Notes under the pieces: model-generated
The model's input: the letters and a program-made list of their open reading frames with translations, nothing else
Databases searched by the model: none
What the model was told of the DNA's origin: nothing
Assembly: GCA_963717145.1 (NCBI GenBank)
Contig: OY970325.1
Span: forward strand, 448,001-512,000
Direction of reading: 5' to 3'
Source: an uncultured Armatimonadetes bacterium
GTDB lineage: Bacteria > Armatimonadota > UBA5829 > DTJY01
DNA: 64,000 nt
Shown: one piece after another, positions 39,214 to 48,938 of the stretch
Layout: each line of letters starts with the position of its first letter
Position numbering within the stretch: position 1 is the first letter of the stretch
Program-made: the position numbers and the translations under genes

Positions 39214-40799
39214 TCCTACCTACTCCACCTGAATCCTGTAAGGTCTACACACCTCCTGCACTGGCCGATGCCATAGTTCGTTCCCTAGGTGATGCTCCAG
39301 ACGCTAGATGGCTCGAGCCCAGCGCCGGAGGTGGTGTATTCGTGTCAGCGGTGTCCCAACTGGGAGTGGAGCGTAACCACATCTGTGCCATAGACATCGA
39401 CAAGTGCTGCGGTCCGCATGATGGTCTTGCCATCGTCTTTCGAGGGCAGGATTTCGTGAGATGGTCACTTGACACTACACAGCATTTCGACAGGATAGTC
39501 GGCAATCCCCCTTATATTCGCCTCTGTCGGCTCGAGGAGTCGCTGAAGAACGCGGCATTGCGTGTCACGGAGCCTGATGGCAGTCCTATGCATCTTGGCG
39601 TGAACTACTGGCATGTGTTTGTATGCGCGTGCCTTAAGATCCTCAATCCTGGCGGTTCTCTGGCATTGGTGCTTCCCGCGTCATGGGATTACGCTGACTA
39701 CTCTGCTCCTCTCAGGTGTACGTTGCCCAAGCTCTTCCGAAGCGTTGTAGTCCACAGAAGCTTGCGACCACTGTTCGGCACGGTTAGCGATGGATCAGTC
39801 GTCCTGATCGCCAAGGGATACAGAGAGCAGTCAGAACACTATGCTCGCCATGTGCATGCAGACTTGCCTGCTCTCATCAAGGCGCTTGAGGTGGGAGAAC
39901 ACGATCTGGTAAGTACTGGTTCGCAGACCGAGCAGGAAGATGCTGGTGAGGAGCTTGTCACCCTTGGCGACATCGCTGACATCGTGATCGGAGCCGTCAC
40001 GGGCGATGCGAAGTACTTTCTTCTGACGGAGCAACGGCGCTTGGAGCATAAGCTCCCGGAGAGTTGCTGCAAGCGGATTCTCACTCGTGCCCGCCAGCTT
40101 CGGGGCGGCGAGGTCTCCCTTGATGATTGGAGGCAGCTCAAGGACGGAGGACACCGAGTCTGGCTGTTTTCTCCACCGGACGATCTTCTGGCCAATGATG
40201 CGGTACATGCCTATCTTGAGTTGTCCACAGACAAGGAGGGACCCAACAAGGAAGCGTATTGGCTGCAGAAGCGTGATGAGTGGTATAGAGTTGAACTGCC
40301 ACTGGAGGCGCATGGATTCATGAGTGGGATGCGCAGTACCGGCCCCTGGATGTGTATGAACCGCTCACCCGAGCTTACAGCTTCCAACACGCTCTACATT
40401 GTCAGATTCCGAGAAGATATCACTGAGGGTGAGCGCTATGCCTGGGCCCTATCCATGCTTACGTCTCCAGTCGCCGCACAGTCGGCGCAATCCTGTCGGC
40501 TCTATGCCGATGGGTTGAGGAAGTTCGAGCCAAGCGACCTGAAGAGGCTGAGGTTGCCGAAGCCACTGCGCTCTGAGGGAGCTAGAGGGGCATATGTACA
40601 GGCGGTTTCCCATCTGCTGAGCGATGGGCCTGTTTGGGCACGAGAGATCGCGGATCAGTGGTTCGCCGTGCAAAGCCGCCTGAGTGATCTGGCTCTCTCT
40701 AGGGAAGCGCAGATGGACCGGGTTGCTGAATCAAAGGGCACCTACCAGACGAGACTGCACGAGGATGGCCCGGTCGTTGCGACGGATATTCGTTCCTAG
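39210..40799 (+). CDS. N6-adenine DNA methyltransferase (gamma class, Eco57I/TaqI-like)
   Basis: VYTP, LEPSAGGGVF (motif I) before IVGNPPY (motif IV); GAVTG; C-terminal GLRKFEPSDL. Confidence 0.88.
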   Translation: MILPTPPESCKVYTPPALADAIVRSLGDAPDARWLEPSAGGGVFVSAVSQLGVERNHICAIDIDKCCGPHDGLAIVFRGQDFVRWSLDTTQHFDRIVGNPPYIRLCRLEESLKNAALRVTEPDGSPMHLGVNYWHVFVCACLKILNPGGSLALVLPASWDYADYSAPLRCTLPKLFRSVVVHRSLRPLFGTVSDGSVVLIAKGYREQSEHYARHVHADLPALIKALEVGEHDLVSTGSQTEQEDAGEELVTLGDIADIVIGAVTGDAKYFLLTEQRRLEHKLPESCCKRILTRARQLRGGEVSLDDWRQLKDGGHRVWLFSPPDDLLANDAVHAYLELSTDKEGPNKEAYWLQKRDEWYRVELPLEAHGFMSGMRSTGPWMCMNRSPELTASNTLYIVRFREDITEGERYAWALSMLTSPVAAQSAQSCRLYADGLRKFEPSDLKRLRLPKPLRSEGARGAYVQAVSHLLSDGPVWAREIADQWFAVQSRLSDLALSREAQMDRVAESKGTYQTRLHEDGPVVATDIRS

Positions 40800-40965
40800 T
40801 CGGGTGTTCCGTAGCTTTCTTCCTTTCGCTCGCATTCCGCTCTCCGTGACTCCCCTCGCTCTTGTCTCCACTTGCCGATCCAGAGCCTGTCCCCGGATCG
40901 TGCGACTGGAAACCGGTCCAGCGATGTTGCGGCCGGGCGGGGTGGCGCGGTACCATGGGTGCGGT

Positions 40966-41173
40966 TCACCGCCAGGTGATGTCGCGGGTGAGGGATGTTT
41001 CGCCGCCGGGGCAGGTGAGATGCGCCTTGATCCTGAGTACTTGTCCGTCCGGTCGGCTCGGCGTCGGGTAGAACAACTCGAACGCGGTGTATCCATTATC
41101 CACGGCGTGTGACGGCAATTGCCTATGGCCGGGGGGGCCATCCAACCGCATCTCGACTTCTTCCGTTTTCCGA
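40966..41173 (-). pseudogene. Orphan, internally deleted copy of the GH31 gene 3' end
   Basis: QLPSHAVDNGYTAFELFYPTPSRPDGQVLRIKAHLTCPGGETSLTRDITWR* matches 44127-44283; 41141-41173 matches 44659-44691. Confidence 0.88.
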
Positions 41174-41330
41174 CGTGTTCTCCCGGACCGAGGGTGCGTA
41201 TACGGATGCGCGACACATGTGTTCATGCCCATTAGCTCGTTAGACTGCGGGAATCGTAACGGCGCATGGTATGTGCTACCATTGCCGGACGATGGCCAAA
41301 GAAATATTTGTTAGATTAGCCAATCGGCTA

Positions 41331-41358
41331 TTGACTTTTTCGTCGGTGGTGATAGAAT
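41331..41358 (+). promoter_or_regulatory. Sigma70-type promoter of the DUF2589-like operon
   Basis: TTGACT-16 bp-TAGAAT with TGn extension. Confidence 0.6.
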
Positions 41359-41515
41359 ATAGCGTTCATACTTGCCTTCCTGGTACGTTACACAGGCGAG
41401 TGGCTTGCGGCGGGCGAAGCCTTCCAGCGTAGATACGAACACAAGGTGAACCCTCCCAGAGAATCCCAACTGCAGTTCGTTTCTTGCACCATCAAACCAT
41501 TAAGGAGGTAGAGGA

Positions 41516-42178
41516 ATGCCGAATCCCGGACAGGAACTGTCAAGCATCGATTTCGAGTCCATGATCGGCGGGCCGCTGATCGCCGTCATTAATGCGCAGG
41601 CGCAGGCTGCCATGTCCACGGTCAACTTCATCAAGGAGGTCGGCTTCAAGAAGCCGGCGGCTGAGGGGGTTGCCGGAGGTGACAGCGAGACCCAGGAGCC
41701 GATCTATGTCACCTTCAAGTATCCCAAGGAGCTGAGCCCATATCAACCCGCCGTGGCGGCGGACCCGGGCAATGGCACCCCAGCTCATCCGGCGCGTGCC
41801 GCTCAACCGGCGGTGCCTGCTGTGGTGGAAACACAGGAGTTGCAGGTGCCAATCCTGACCATGCTCCCCATCCCCTTCATCCGAATCGACCTGGCGACGA
41901 TCGACTTCAATGCGAAGATCAACTCGGTCGAGTATCGCAAGACCGATACCAACCTCAAGGTTGATGCCTCATTGGAGGCAGGCGCCGGCTGGCTGTGGGG
42001 ATCGGCGAAGCTCAAGGTATCGACTTCCTTCCAGCGCACGACCCAGCAGGGCAACACCGTGGACCGCACCTATTCCCTGGCGATCCATGTCAAAGCCGTG
42101 CAGGATGAGATGCCGGCGGGCATGGAGAAGGTGCTCGGCATTCTCGAGGGTGCAATCACTTCTAAGCCGGCCGACTAG
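41516..42178 (+). CDS. DUF2589-like protein
   Basis: IGGPLIAVINAQAQAAMSTVNFIKEVGF, VPILTMLPIP, IDFNAKI, VKAVQDEMPAGM; strong RBS. Confidence 0.75.
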   Translation: MPNPGQELSSIDFESMIGGPLIAVINAQAQAAMSTVNFIKEVGFKKPAAEGVAGGDSETQEPIYVTFKYPKELSPYQPAVAADPGNGTPAHPARAAQPAVPAVVETQELQVPILTMLPIPFIRIDLATIDFNAKINSVEYRKTDTNLKVDASLEAGAGWLWGSAKLKVSTSFQRTTQQGNTVDRTYSLAIHVKAVQDEMPAGMEKVLGILEGAITSKPAD

Positions 42179-42208
42179 TAGCCAAACCCATAAGGGGGTT
42201 CAGTTCAC

Positions 42209-42907
42209 ATGCCCTATCTAGGGGATTACCTGGGTCAGCTTCTGGCAGAGATCTCGATGGCGCGAATGCAGGCCGATCTGGAGACGGTTCGCTTGGCGGA
42301 GTTGTATGCCTCGCACCCGCTCCTCCGCACGATGCCTGTGCCGCACGTCAGGCTGCCTGAAGTCAACATGGAGATTCCAGTCCTGATCAAGGCCTCAGAG
42401 GAGCCCCGCGCCGGTGAATCGGCGCGGGGCGGGGCCGCGCCCTCTGACTTGCGCAAGAAGTTCGACGAGGTGCTCGATGCGCATCTGTCAAAGGCGAGTG
42501 TCACACTGTCGCAGGCTGATCGCAAGAAGTTGGGCGCGGCTCTCGACGAGCGTCTCACTCCAACGGGGATACCGGCGGAGATCGCTGTCGATGTCAATCG
42601 CCTGGCGGACGAGTTCGCTTCAACAGCGCTCCGCGTCGTCCGAGAACTCAAACCACGGCCGACCAGGGGTGAGCCGACCGTTGCGCCGGAGATAGCGGCC
42701 GAGCTCAAGGAGAGTGTGCGACGAGAGTTCCTGAAACTCCGCACGGCGCCTCCGCGTCTCACCGTGCTGGTGACGAGCGCCGAGATACGGGAAGCCGGAA
42801 CTGCGGAGAACACAACACGTCTCACCCTCAAAGTATCGGAGCAGGGAGTCGAATGGACTTCAGTTGAAGCCGACGGCGTCCGACTCGATCGTCTAGTGCC
42901 AGAGTAG
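42209..42907 (+). CDS. Hypothetical protein (partner of the DUF2589-like gene)
   Basis: Co-oriented 232 aa ORF, 30 bp after the previous gene. Confidence 0.75.
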   Translation: MPYLGDYLGQLLAEISMARMQADLETVRLAELYASHPLLRTMPVPHVRLPEVNMEIPVLIKASEEPRAGESARGGAAPSDLRKKFDEVLDAHLSKASVTLSQADRKKLGAALDERLTPTGIPAEIAVDVNRLADEFASTALRVVRELKPRPTRGEPTVAPEIAAELKESVRREFLKLRTAPPRLTVLVTSAEIREAGTAENTTRLTLKVSEQGVEWTSVEADGVRLDRLVPE

Positions 42908-42913
42908 TTATAT

Positions 42914-43487
42914 ATGCTGCGCCTAATGCAGATCGAGGAGATCAACAACCTGATGCTCCTGCTGCCGGATCTGGTCCGGCAGCAGGAGCATCGTTCGACT
43001 GATTTCCCGGCGAAGGCCGGTGAATGGCTGGCCGAGTTGGAGAGAGTCTGCGAGGAGTGCCGGCTCCATCATGCCGGGAGCGTCTCCATGCTGCGAAGTA
43101 GCCTGGTTGCGGCGGAGCACGGGCAACTGCCGCCTGGGATTGAGTTTCGCGGACATGCAAGCCGGTCGAAAGTACCTGAACGCGGCGGCATCCCAGGCCC
43201 TTCAGCGCGCAGCAGAACTGGCGTCGGCTCTAATAGCGGAGAACCGGCCGCGTCTTGCGGAAGCCGAGCGGGTGGTCCAGCAGGTTGTCGCCGTAGCCTT
43301 GTCGCGGGAATTGATAGCCGCCCGGGACGAGGCGATGACCGGCACGGACTATCTCGTGATGGTCCGGAAGAACCTCTCAGCGTCCAGCGATCTGGACAGC
43401 GCCTTTGTCGCCCTCGAAGGCCTGGTCGGACCTACCGATGCGCTGGTCCTCCTGGATCGGGCGCTGTCACCTTATTTCGGCGCTTGA
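42914..43487 (+). CDS. Hypothetical helical protein (frameshift near 43175)
   Basis: ORF 42914 up to SRSKV continues as LNAAASQALQRAA... in ORF 43020..43487 if one C is removed. Confidence 0.6.
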
Positions 43488-43554
43488 TTGGCAATGGACG
43501 ACCGGAGGTCTACTACTTCAGGCAAGCAAGAGCCAAGGACAAGGGGATACACAC

Positions 43555-44118
43555 ATGGCAGGATCCAACCTCAGCGGAAAAGATTGGTGGCGCGCGAACC
43601 AGGCGCGCTATCCGAACAGCCAGGATATCGACGATCTTGAGCCCGGCTTTCGGTCGAACGTCGAAGTCTTTATCGGCTCGTTGAGAGATGCCGGGGCGAC
43701 GGTCAGGGTCACGAGCACACGCAGGAACGCAACCCGTGCGTTCCTGATGCACTATAGCTGGAGGTTGGCCTACGGCGACATAGATCCTGGAGATATTCCC
43801 AAGCGCGCCGGGCTCGACATCGAGTGGGACCATGGCGATCTCGACAGGTCACGGCAGGCGGCAAAGGAAATGGTGAACCTCTTCGGCATGGTGCAGATTG
43901 CCTCGCTCACCTCGAACCACATCCGTGGGAAGGCGATCGACATGAACATCTCTTGGAAGGATACCCTCGTGCTGACGCGGCCATCACCTCTTCTCGCCAG
44001 GATCGAGAGCAGTCCGCGCACGGGACAGAATCGCGAGTTGCATGAGATCGCCGCCACGACGTTCAGTGTGCGCAAACTGGTGTCTGACCCGCCGCATTGG
44101 TCATACAACGGGCGGTAG
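43555..44118 (+). CDS. Peptidase M15-like (LAS zinc peptidoglycan peptidase) protein
   Basis: SNHIRGKAID (SxHxxGxAxD) and C-terminal DPPHWS. Confidence 0.7.
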   Translation: MAGSNLSGKDWWRANQARYPNSQDIDDLEPGFRSNVEVFIGSLRDAGATVRVTSTRRNATRAFLMHYSWRLAYGDIDPGDIPKRAGLDIEWDHGDLDRSRQAAKEMVNLFGMVQIASLTSNHIRGKAIDMNISWKDTLVLTRPSPLLARIESSPRTGQNRELHEIAATTFSVRKLVSDPPHWSYNGR

Positions 44119-44126
44119 GCGAGCAC

Positions 44127-47096
44127 CTACCGCCACTCCATCTCGCGGGTGATATCCGTCTCGCCGCCGGGCCAGGTGAGATGCGCCTTGATCCTCATGG
44201 TTTGCCCGTCCGGTCGGCTCGGCGTCGGGTAGAACAACTCGAACGCGGTGTATCCATTCCCCGCATCGTGTGACGGCAACTGCCCCCAGCCGGGGAGCGC
44301 GTCCTGGGGAAGCTCGATCTGAAGCTTCACGTCCGCCTCACCCGCGATATCCCGGTCGTACTCCAGCTTCGAATAGACATGCAGGTACGGCCCGACGAAG
44401 TGCGGCTGCGGGTTGTCCCACACCATTCGCGCCTGCAGGTTCAGGCCGAGCAGCGTGGCGGTCATCTTGCTTAGCTCCTCAGGCTCGAACTGCACGCCCG
44501 CGATCACCTGTGTGGCGTCCAGGCAGGTCGCGTTCTTGTCGGGGATGACCCGCGTGGAGTCGAACGGATGGGTGACGCATGCCTTCAATACCCGCTCCGT
44601 CATCGCCCTCAGGTCGGGAGGGTTCGACGCGATTCCTCTCGGATGCGCGACGAGTGCGTCCAACTGCATCTCGACTTCCTCCGTCTCCCGAATGACCCAG
44701 GGCGGCTTGGCGTGCTCCCTGCCGGTGAGCGCGATGGCATACTTCAGCTTCTGGTCGAGCTTCACCGACCTGATGCGGTCTCGGAACTCCATGACCTGCT
44801 GGAGCGCGAGGGCATCGGCGAACGTTCCCGCGCCGTCGAGCGTGATGACCGCTTCCTTCCCGGTTGACAGCGGCTCGAGGAGATGAATGGTGGTGATGCG
44901 CGTCTTGGCGTCCCAACTCCATCCCTGGCGCGGATCATCGGGGCGGCGTTCCTCCATCTCTTTGCCGTTGAGCTTCACCGCGTCGGGCCGGAGCAACCCG
45001 TGGATGCGGATATCATAGCGGCGGCTTGCGGGTTGACCCTTGTACTTCCCCACGGTTGGCCCGATCTTGAGGGTGGCAACTCCCTCTCCGTTGCGGGGAG
45101 GGTTGGGGTGGGGTCTTCCGGGGAATGGTGGTCCTCCATCCGTCACCGGAAGACCCCACCCCAACCCTCCCCGCAACGGAGAGGGGGTTACCTCGAACGG
45201 CGTCCATGCCGAACCGTTCTTGCGGTAGTCGAGGGATTCGCCGTCATCCTCATACAGACGGAAGCTGCTCGCCTTGTCGGATGCATATACATCCAGCGAC
45301 AATGAGTCCGGCTGCGTTCCTGAGGGAATGATCGCACCCGCGCGGACGAAGAGCGGCATCCTCTCCAGCGGGCATTCATAGGCGATGACCTGTCCGCCGG
45401 GAGAAATCCGGCCGGTGAAGTAGTCGAACCACGAATCGCCCTCGGGGAGATAGACGTCCTTGAGCGCGGGCTTGCCGTGCGCGTCCTCCGTTATCGGCGA
45501 CACGAGTATATCCCGGCCGAACATGTACTGCTTATCCGCGAAGGTATACGCCTGCTCCTGATCGGGGTAGTCGAGATACATTCCCCGCACGAGCGGCATG
45601 CCGGTGTCGTGGGCGATGCGCGCATAGGTGTAGGAGTAGGGGATCAGACTCTCGCGCAGCCTCATGAACTCCGCGGCGATGTTCATGCCATCTGCGCCGT
45701 ATTCCCACGGCAGTCGTAGTCCCCAGAGGCCGTGGAACCAGAATATCGGGCTGAACGATCCGAACTGCATCCACCGCGTATACAGCTCGGGATCGATGGA
45801 GAGTCCGTAGACCGCGTTGGTGAGGTTGGCGGGATACGCCACCAGTTGATTGCCCGCGCGGACGTTGAAGGGGATGAGCATCTCCAACGCCTTCCATTCC
45901 GGCACCAGGTCGCCGGAGAAGAACGCTCCACTGCGATGCGAGCCCCATGCCCCGAGCCTGCAGAAGACGTATGGCCGCTTGCCGGTGATCTCCTCGGTGC
46001 CCTTGTACTCGATCTCGCGAGTCCACATCATCGGCTCGAGCCCGTCCATGTTCGCGGGGGCGCATCCGTCCTGCCACCAGAACGCCATGCCCATATCGAG
46101 CGCCGGCTTGTGGAGGAGGTCCATGAAGAGCCCGGCGTACTTCTTGCTCGCCAGGTCGTGGGCGATCTCCTTGGTATCCGCCGGCAGGCCCATCTCCTTG
46201 CGGATGGTCTCGAAGTTGTGGTCGCTCTCCGGTGTCAATGCCGCGTAGTGCTCGTTGAGGCTGACGTGGATATCCCGCTCGTTCATCCACTTGAAGAACT
46301 CCTCGGGATCCGGCATCTGCTCCCGGTCCCAGTCGTAGCCCGACCAGACGACGTCGGTCCACGAGCAGGAGTCGATGATGAACACATCGAGCGGGATCTG
46401 TTCCTCCGCAAACCGCTCGGCGATCATCTTCCACTGCTGGGCGGAATACGCGGCGCGTGAGCCGAACCAAATGCCGAGAGTGTATCGCGGGACCATCGGG
46501 ATCGGCCCGGTGAGCTTCATGAGGGAGTTCAGCGCGCCTGCGTAGTCGCGTCCGTAGAGCAGGAAGTACCAGTCCTGGCTGTCCTTCTCCGGTCGCGGCT
46601 CGACCCATTCGGTCGCCTTGTTCCAGAGCGCGGTGCGGCTGTCGTCGAGGAGGTAGTATCCGTTGCGGCTGAGCGGTCCCGGATCAGCGACGGGAACCGT
46701 CCGGTGGGCGATGTCTCCCGGCACTCCGCCGAGGTTCCGCTCATCCTTGTCACCGGGCTTCCATGCGCCATCCGTCCACTCGATCAGGAGGTTCTCCGCG
46801 GTGAACGGGCCTGAGCCTTCTTTGTAGCGGAGGGAGAGCTTGCTGGTCTTGATGTTCCGCCAGCCGTCCTTGACCTCTGACTCGAACGCGCACTCCGGCC
46901 ATGAGTCGCGCCCGGTCACCGCGACGCTCGGGACATCGACGAACTTGGCCGCGGACCCATACTCCATCCGGATGATGTCCGGCGCGATGACGGAAAAGCG
47001 CACGTTTCCAGTCACGAGCGATCGTACCGACGCGGAACAACAGCCGGGAGCGACCAACAGAGCGATCGCGCTACCCAGGAGTAGATATCTCAGCAT
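44127..47096 (-). CDS. Secreted glycoside hydrolase family 31 protein
   Basis: PRYTLGIW, IPLDVFIID, FWWQDG, FSGD, ELYTRWMQFG, QYMFG, PLFVRAGAIIP, LYEDDGES. Confidence 0.9.
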   Translation of the reverse strand: MLRYLLLGSAIALLVAPGCCSASVRSLVTGNVRFSVIAPDIIRMEYGSAAKFVDVPSVAVTGRDSWPECAFESEVKDGWRNIKTSKLSLRYKEGSGPFTAENLLIEWTDGAWKPGDKDERNLGGVPGDIAHRTVPVADPGPLSRNGYYLLDDSRTALWNKATEWVEPRPEKDSQDWYFLLYGRDYAGALNSLMKLTGPIPMVPRYTLGIWFGSRAAYSAQQWKMIAERFAEEQIPLDVFIIDSCSWTDVVWSGYDWDREQMPDPEEFFKWMNERDIHVSLNEHYAALTPESDHNFETIRKEMGLPADTKEIAHDLASKKYAGLFMDLLHKPALDMGMAFWWQDGCAPANMDGLEPMMWTREIEYKGTEEITGKRPYVFCRLGAWGSHRSGAFFSGDLVPEWKALEMLIPFNVRAGNQLVAYPANLTNAVYGLSIDPELYTRWMQFGSFSPIFWFHGLWGLRLPWEYGADGMNIAAEFMRLRESLIPYSYTYARIAHDTGMPLVRGMYLDYPDQEQAYTFADKQYMFGRDILVSPITEDAHGKPALKDVYLPEGDSWFDYFTGRISPGGQVIAYECPLERMPLFVRAGAIIPSGTQPDSLSLDVYASDKASSFRLYEDDGESLDYRKNGSAWTPFEVTPSPLRGGLGWGLPVTDGGPPFPGRPHPNPPRNGEGVATLKIGPTVGKYKGQPASRRYDIRIHGLLRPDAVKLNGKEMEERRPDDPRQGWSWDAKTRITTIHLLEPLSTGKEAVITLDGAGTFADALALQQVMEFRDRIRSVKLDQKLKYAIALTGREHAKPPWVIRETEEVEMQLDALVAHPRGIASNPPDLRAMTERVLKACVTHPFDSTRVIPDKNATCLDATQVIAGVQFEPEELSKMTATLLGLNLQARMVWDNPQPHFVGPYLHVYSKLEYDRDIAGEADVKLQIELPQDALPGWGQLPSHDAGNGYTAFELFYPTPSRPDGQTMRIKAHLTWPGGETDITREMEWR
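45078..45189. repeat. 44-bp inverted repeat (same family as 1870-1961) inside the GH31 gene
   Basis: 45078-45121 pairs with 45146-45189 (one mismatch); shared core CCCCACCCCARCCCTCCCCGCWACGGRGAGGG. Confidence 0.9.
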
Positions 47097-47339
47097 TGTG
47101 TCCTCCATCTTGTCTGCGCCCCTCCTTACGAAGGAGCATTGGCGGTCTGCCTGGCGATCTTGGCGTCTTGGCGGTTCCATGTCGGGCACGCCGTGCAGAA
47201 ACCCCCTCGGCCCAGAGGCCGGTCCCCCTTCGTAAAGGGGACATCTCCGCGCAATACTAGCAATGGGTCCGGGGCAGTGTCAAGCACGGGCAACAAATCG
47301 GGCGTCAGAGCCGTCTAATGTTCGGAAAGGGGATATTCT

Positions 47340-48233
47340 ATGAACAAACGACTGATACTCATTCCTATCGTCATCATCCTCGCGGGCGTCCTGGGATACG
47401 CCGCGGTCTCGTACCATTCGAGTCATGCTCAGCCGGTGACACAGGAGCCGGCGGCGTCCAAGCAGATGGCAGCGGGGGAGCCGTCGCCGGGTGATCGTCA
47501 GGGGGGGCCGATGTCCATGAACCCCGAGGCCGTTCCCAAGGCGGATGAAGGCAAGGGGAAGCCCTCCAAGATGAAGCCGAACGACGGCCAGAAGAAGGCT
47601 CAGAAGGGGAAGCCGGGCCAGGATGCTTCCGCATTCCGTCAGCAGCACAAGCAGATGTTCGGGCTCATGAATACCTTCCTCGCCCTGGCTGCCATAGAGC
47701 GAGGCGGGAAGAGCACGCTCACTCCTGTTCAGGCAAAGCAGGTCCTGAGCATTATGACCCCACTGAAGGCTCAGCCAAAGCTCACCGAGGCGGAGGCGGG
47801 GAAGACTCTCGCCAGGCTGAACAAGATTCTCACCGCCGATCAGTTGAAGGCCATGTCGGCGTTCAAGTCCCCGGGCAGGAACGGGCAGAAGCCGGATCAG
47901 CGGCAGCACGCCGGTCCGCCTCCGGGAGCGACCGGACAGAGACCACCGCAGGGCGCGCCGCCTCCCGGTCAGGATGGAATGCGCCGGCAGGGACCTCCTC
48001 CCGGTTCGCCTCCGAGGGTCGCCGGGCAGAAGCCTCCTCAGGGCGCGCCGCCTTCCGGTTCGCCGCCTCGAGTGCCCGGTCAGCAGCAGGGACCACAGTT
48101 CGATCCGGCAGCGATGAATGATTTCAACCCGTTCTACACCGGAGCACCGACCGGCGGAGGAGCGGGTCCGGCGATGGGCAAGCGCATGGAACGGTTCTTC
48201 GATGCATTGAAGAAGAAGGCCGGAGTATCTTAG
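47340..48233 (+). CDS. Membrane-anchored hypothetical protein with Pro/Gln/Gly-rich repeats
   Basis: N-terminal TM segment; repeated PPQGAPP / GSPPRV. Confidence 0.7.
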   Translation: MNKRLILIPIVIILAGVLGYAAVSYHSSHAQPVTQEPAASKQMAAGEPSPGDRQGGPMSMNPEAVPKADEGKGKPSKMKPNDGQKKAQKGKPGQDASAFRQQHKQMFGLMNTFLALAAIERGGKSTLTPVQAKQVLSIMTPLKAQPKLTEAEAGKTLARLNKILTADQLKAMSAFKSPGRNGQKPDQRQHAGPPPGATGQRPPQGAPPPGQDGMRRQGPPPGSPPRVAGQKPPQGAPPSGSPPRVPGQQQGPQFDPAAMNDFNPFYTGAPTGGGAGPAMGKRMERFFDALKKKAGVS

Positions 48234-48782
48234 CTAGAACTCGACGCTGATCGCCATCGGGCTCGAGGTGGAGTCTGCGTGGTGATGAGTGAACTGCTTC
48301 GCGATGAAATAGCCAATCAGCGCGCCGGCGATGACTTGATCCCATTCGTGGGCATGTACTTCGATCCGGGAATAGCCGATCGCCGCTGCGGTACCATAGG
48401 CCAGCAGCGAGAGATCCGGCTGGTACGCCGCCACACAAGTCGCCATCGCAAAGGCGGCTGACGTATGCCCGCTGGGAAAGCTGTCGTAGGCGCCTCCGTC
48501 CGGACGCTTCACGTGGGTGATGAACTTCAGCGCCTGTGTGACAACGCCGGTTACTGCGAGGGCCTTCGCGGCCTGAGTCGCCTCATGTCTTCCTTCGCGT
48601 CCATCCATCGCCAGCGTGAGTTCACTCACCGCCAGGTATGGCACTATGGAGTCGGACACGGCCCTCCAGGTCTTCTCGTCGCCGTCCGCTGGATCCGCGC
48701 ACCACGCCCGCGCCGACGCGAGGATGAGAACGATGATGAGGATCAGGTACTTGCCACGAATTGTCACGTCATCGTCCTCCAA
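48234..48782 (-). CDS. PAP2-family phosphatase (start uncertain)
   Basis: KxxxxxxRP, SFPSGH, SRxxxxxHxxxQ motifs. Confidence 0.88.
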   Translation of the reverse strand: MEDDDVTIRGKYLILIIVLILASARAWCADPADGDEKTWRAVSDSIVPYLAVSELTLAMDGREGRHEATQAAKALAVTGVVTQALKFITHVKRPDGGAYDSFPSGHTSAAFAMATCVAAYQPDLSLLAYGTAAAIGYSRIEVHAHEWDQVIAGALIGYFIAKQFTHHHADSTSSPMAISVEF

Positions 48783-48938
48783 CCGCTCATTTTGCAGGTC
48801 GGACCTCCATCGATGAGTATATCACATCCCGGAGGTGCAGGCACGCCCATGACAGGAGTCCTGCAGGAATACCAGTGGCCTCGGAAGTACATGGTACACG
48901 GGGATCGGTTACCCCTCAAACACCAGGGAGGACGGCAC

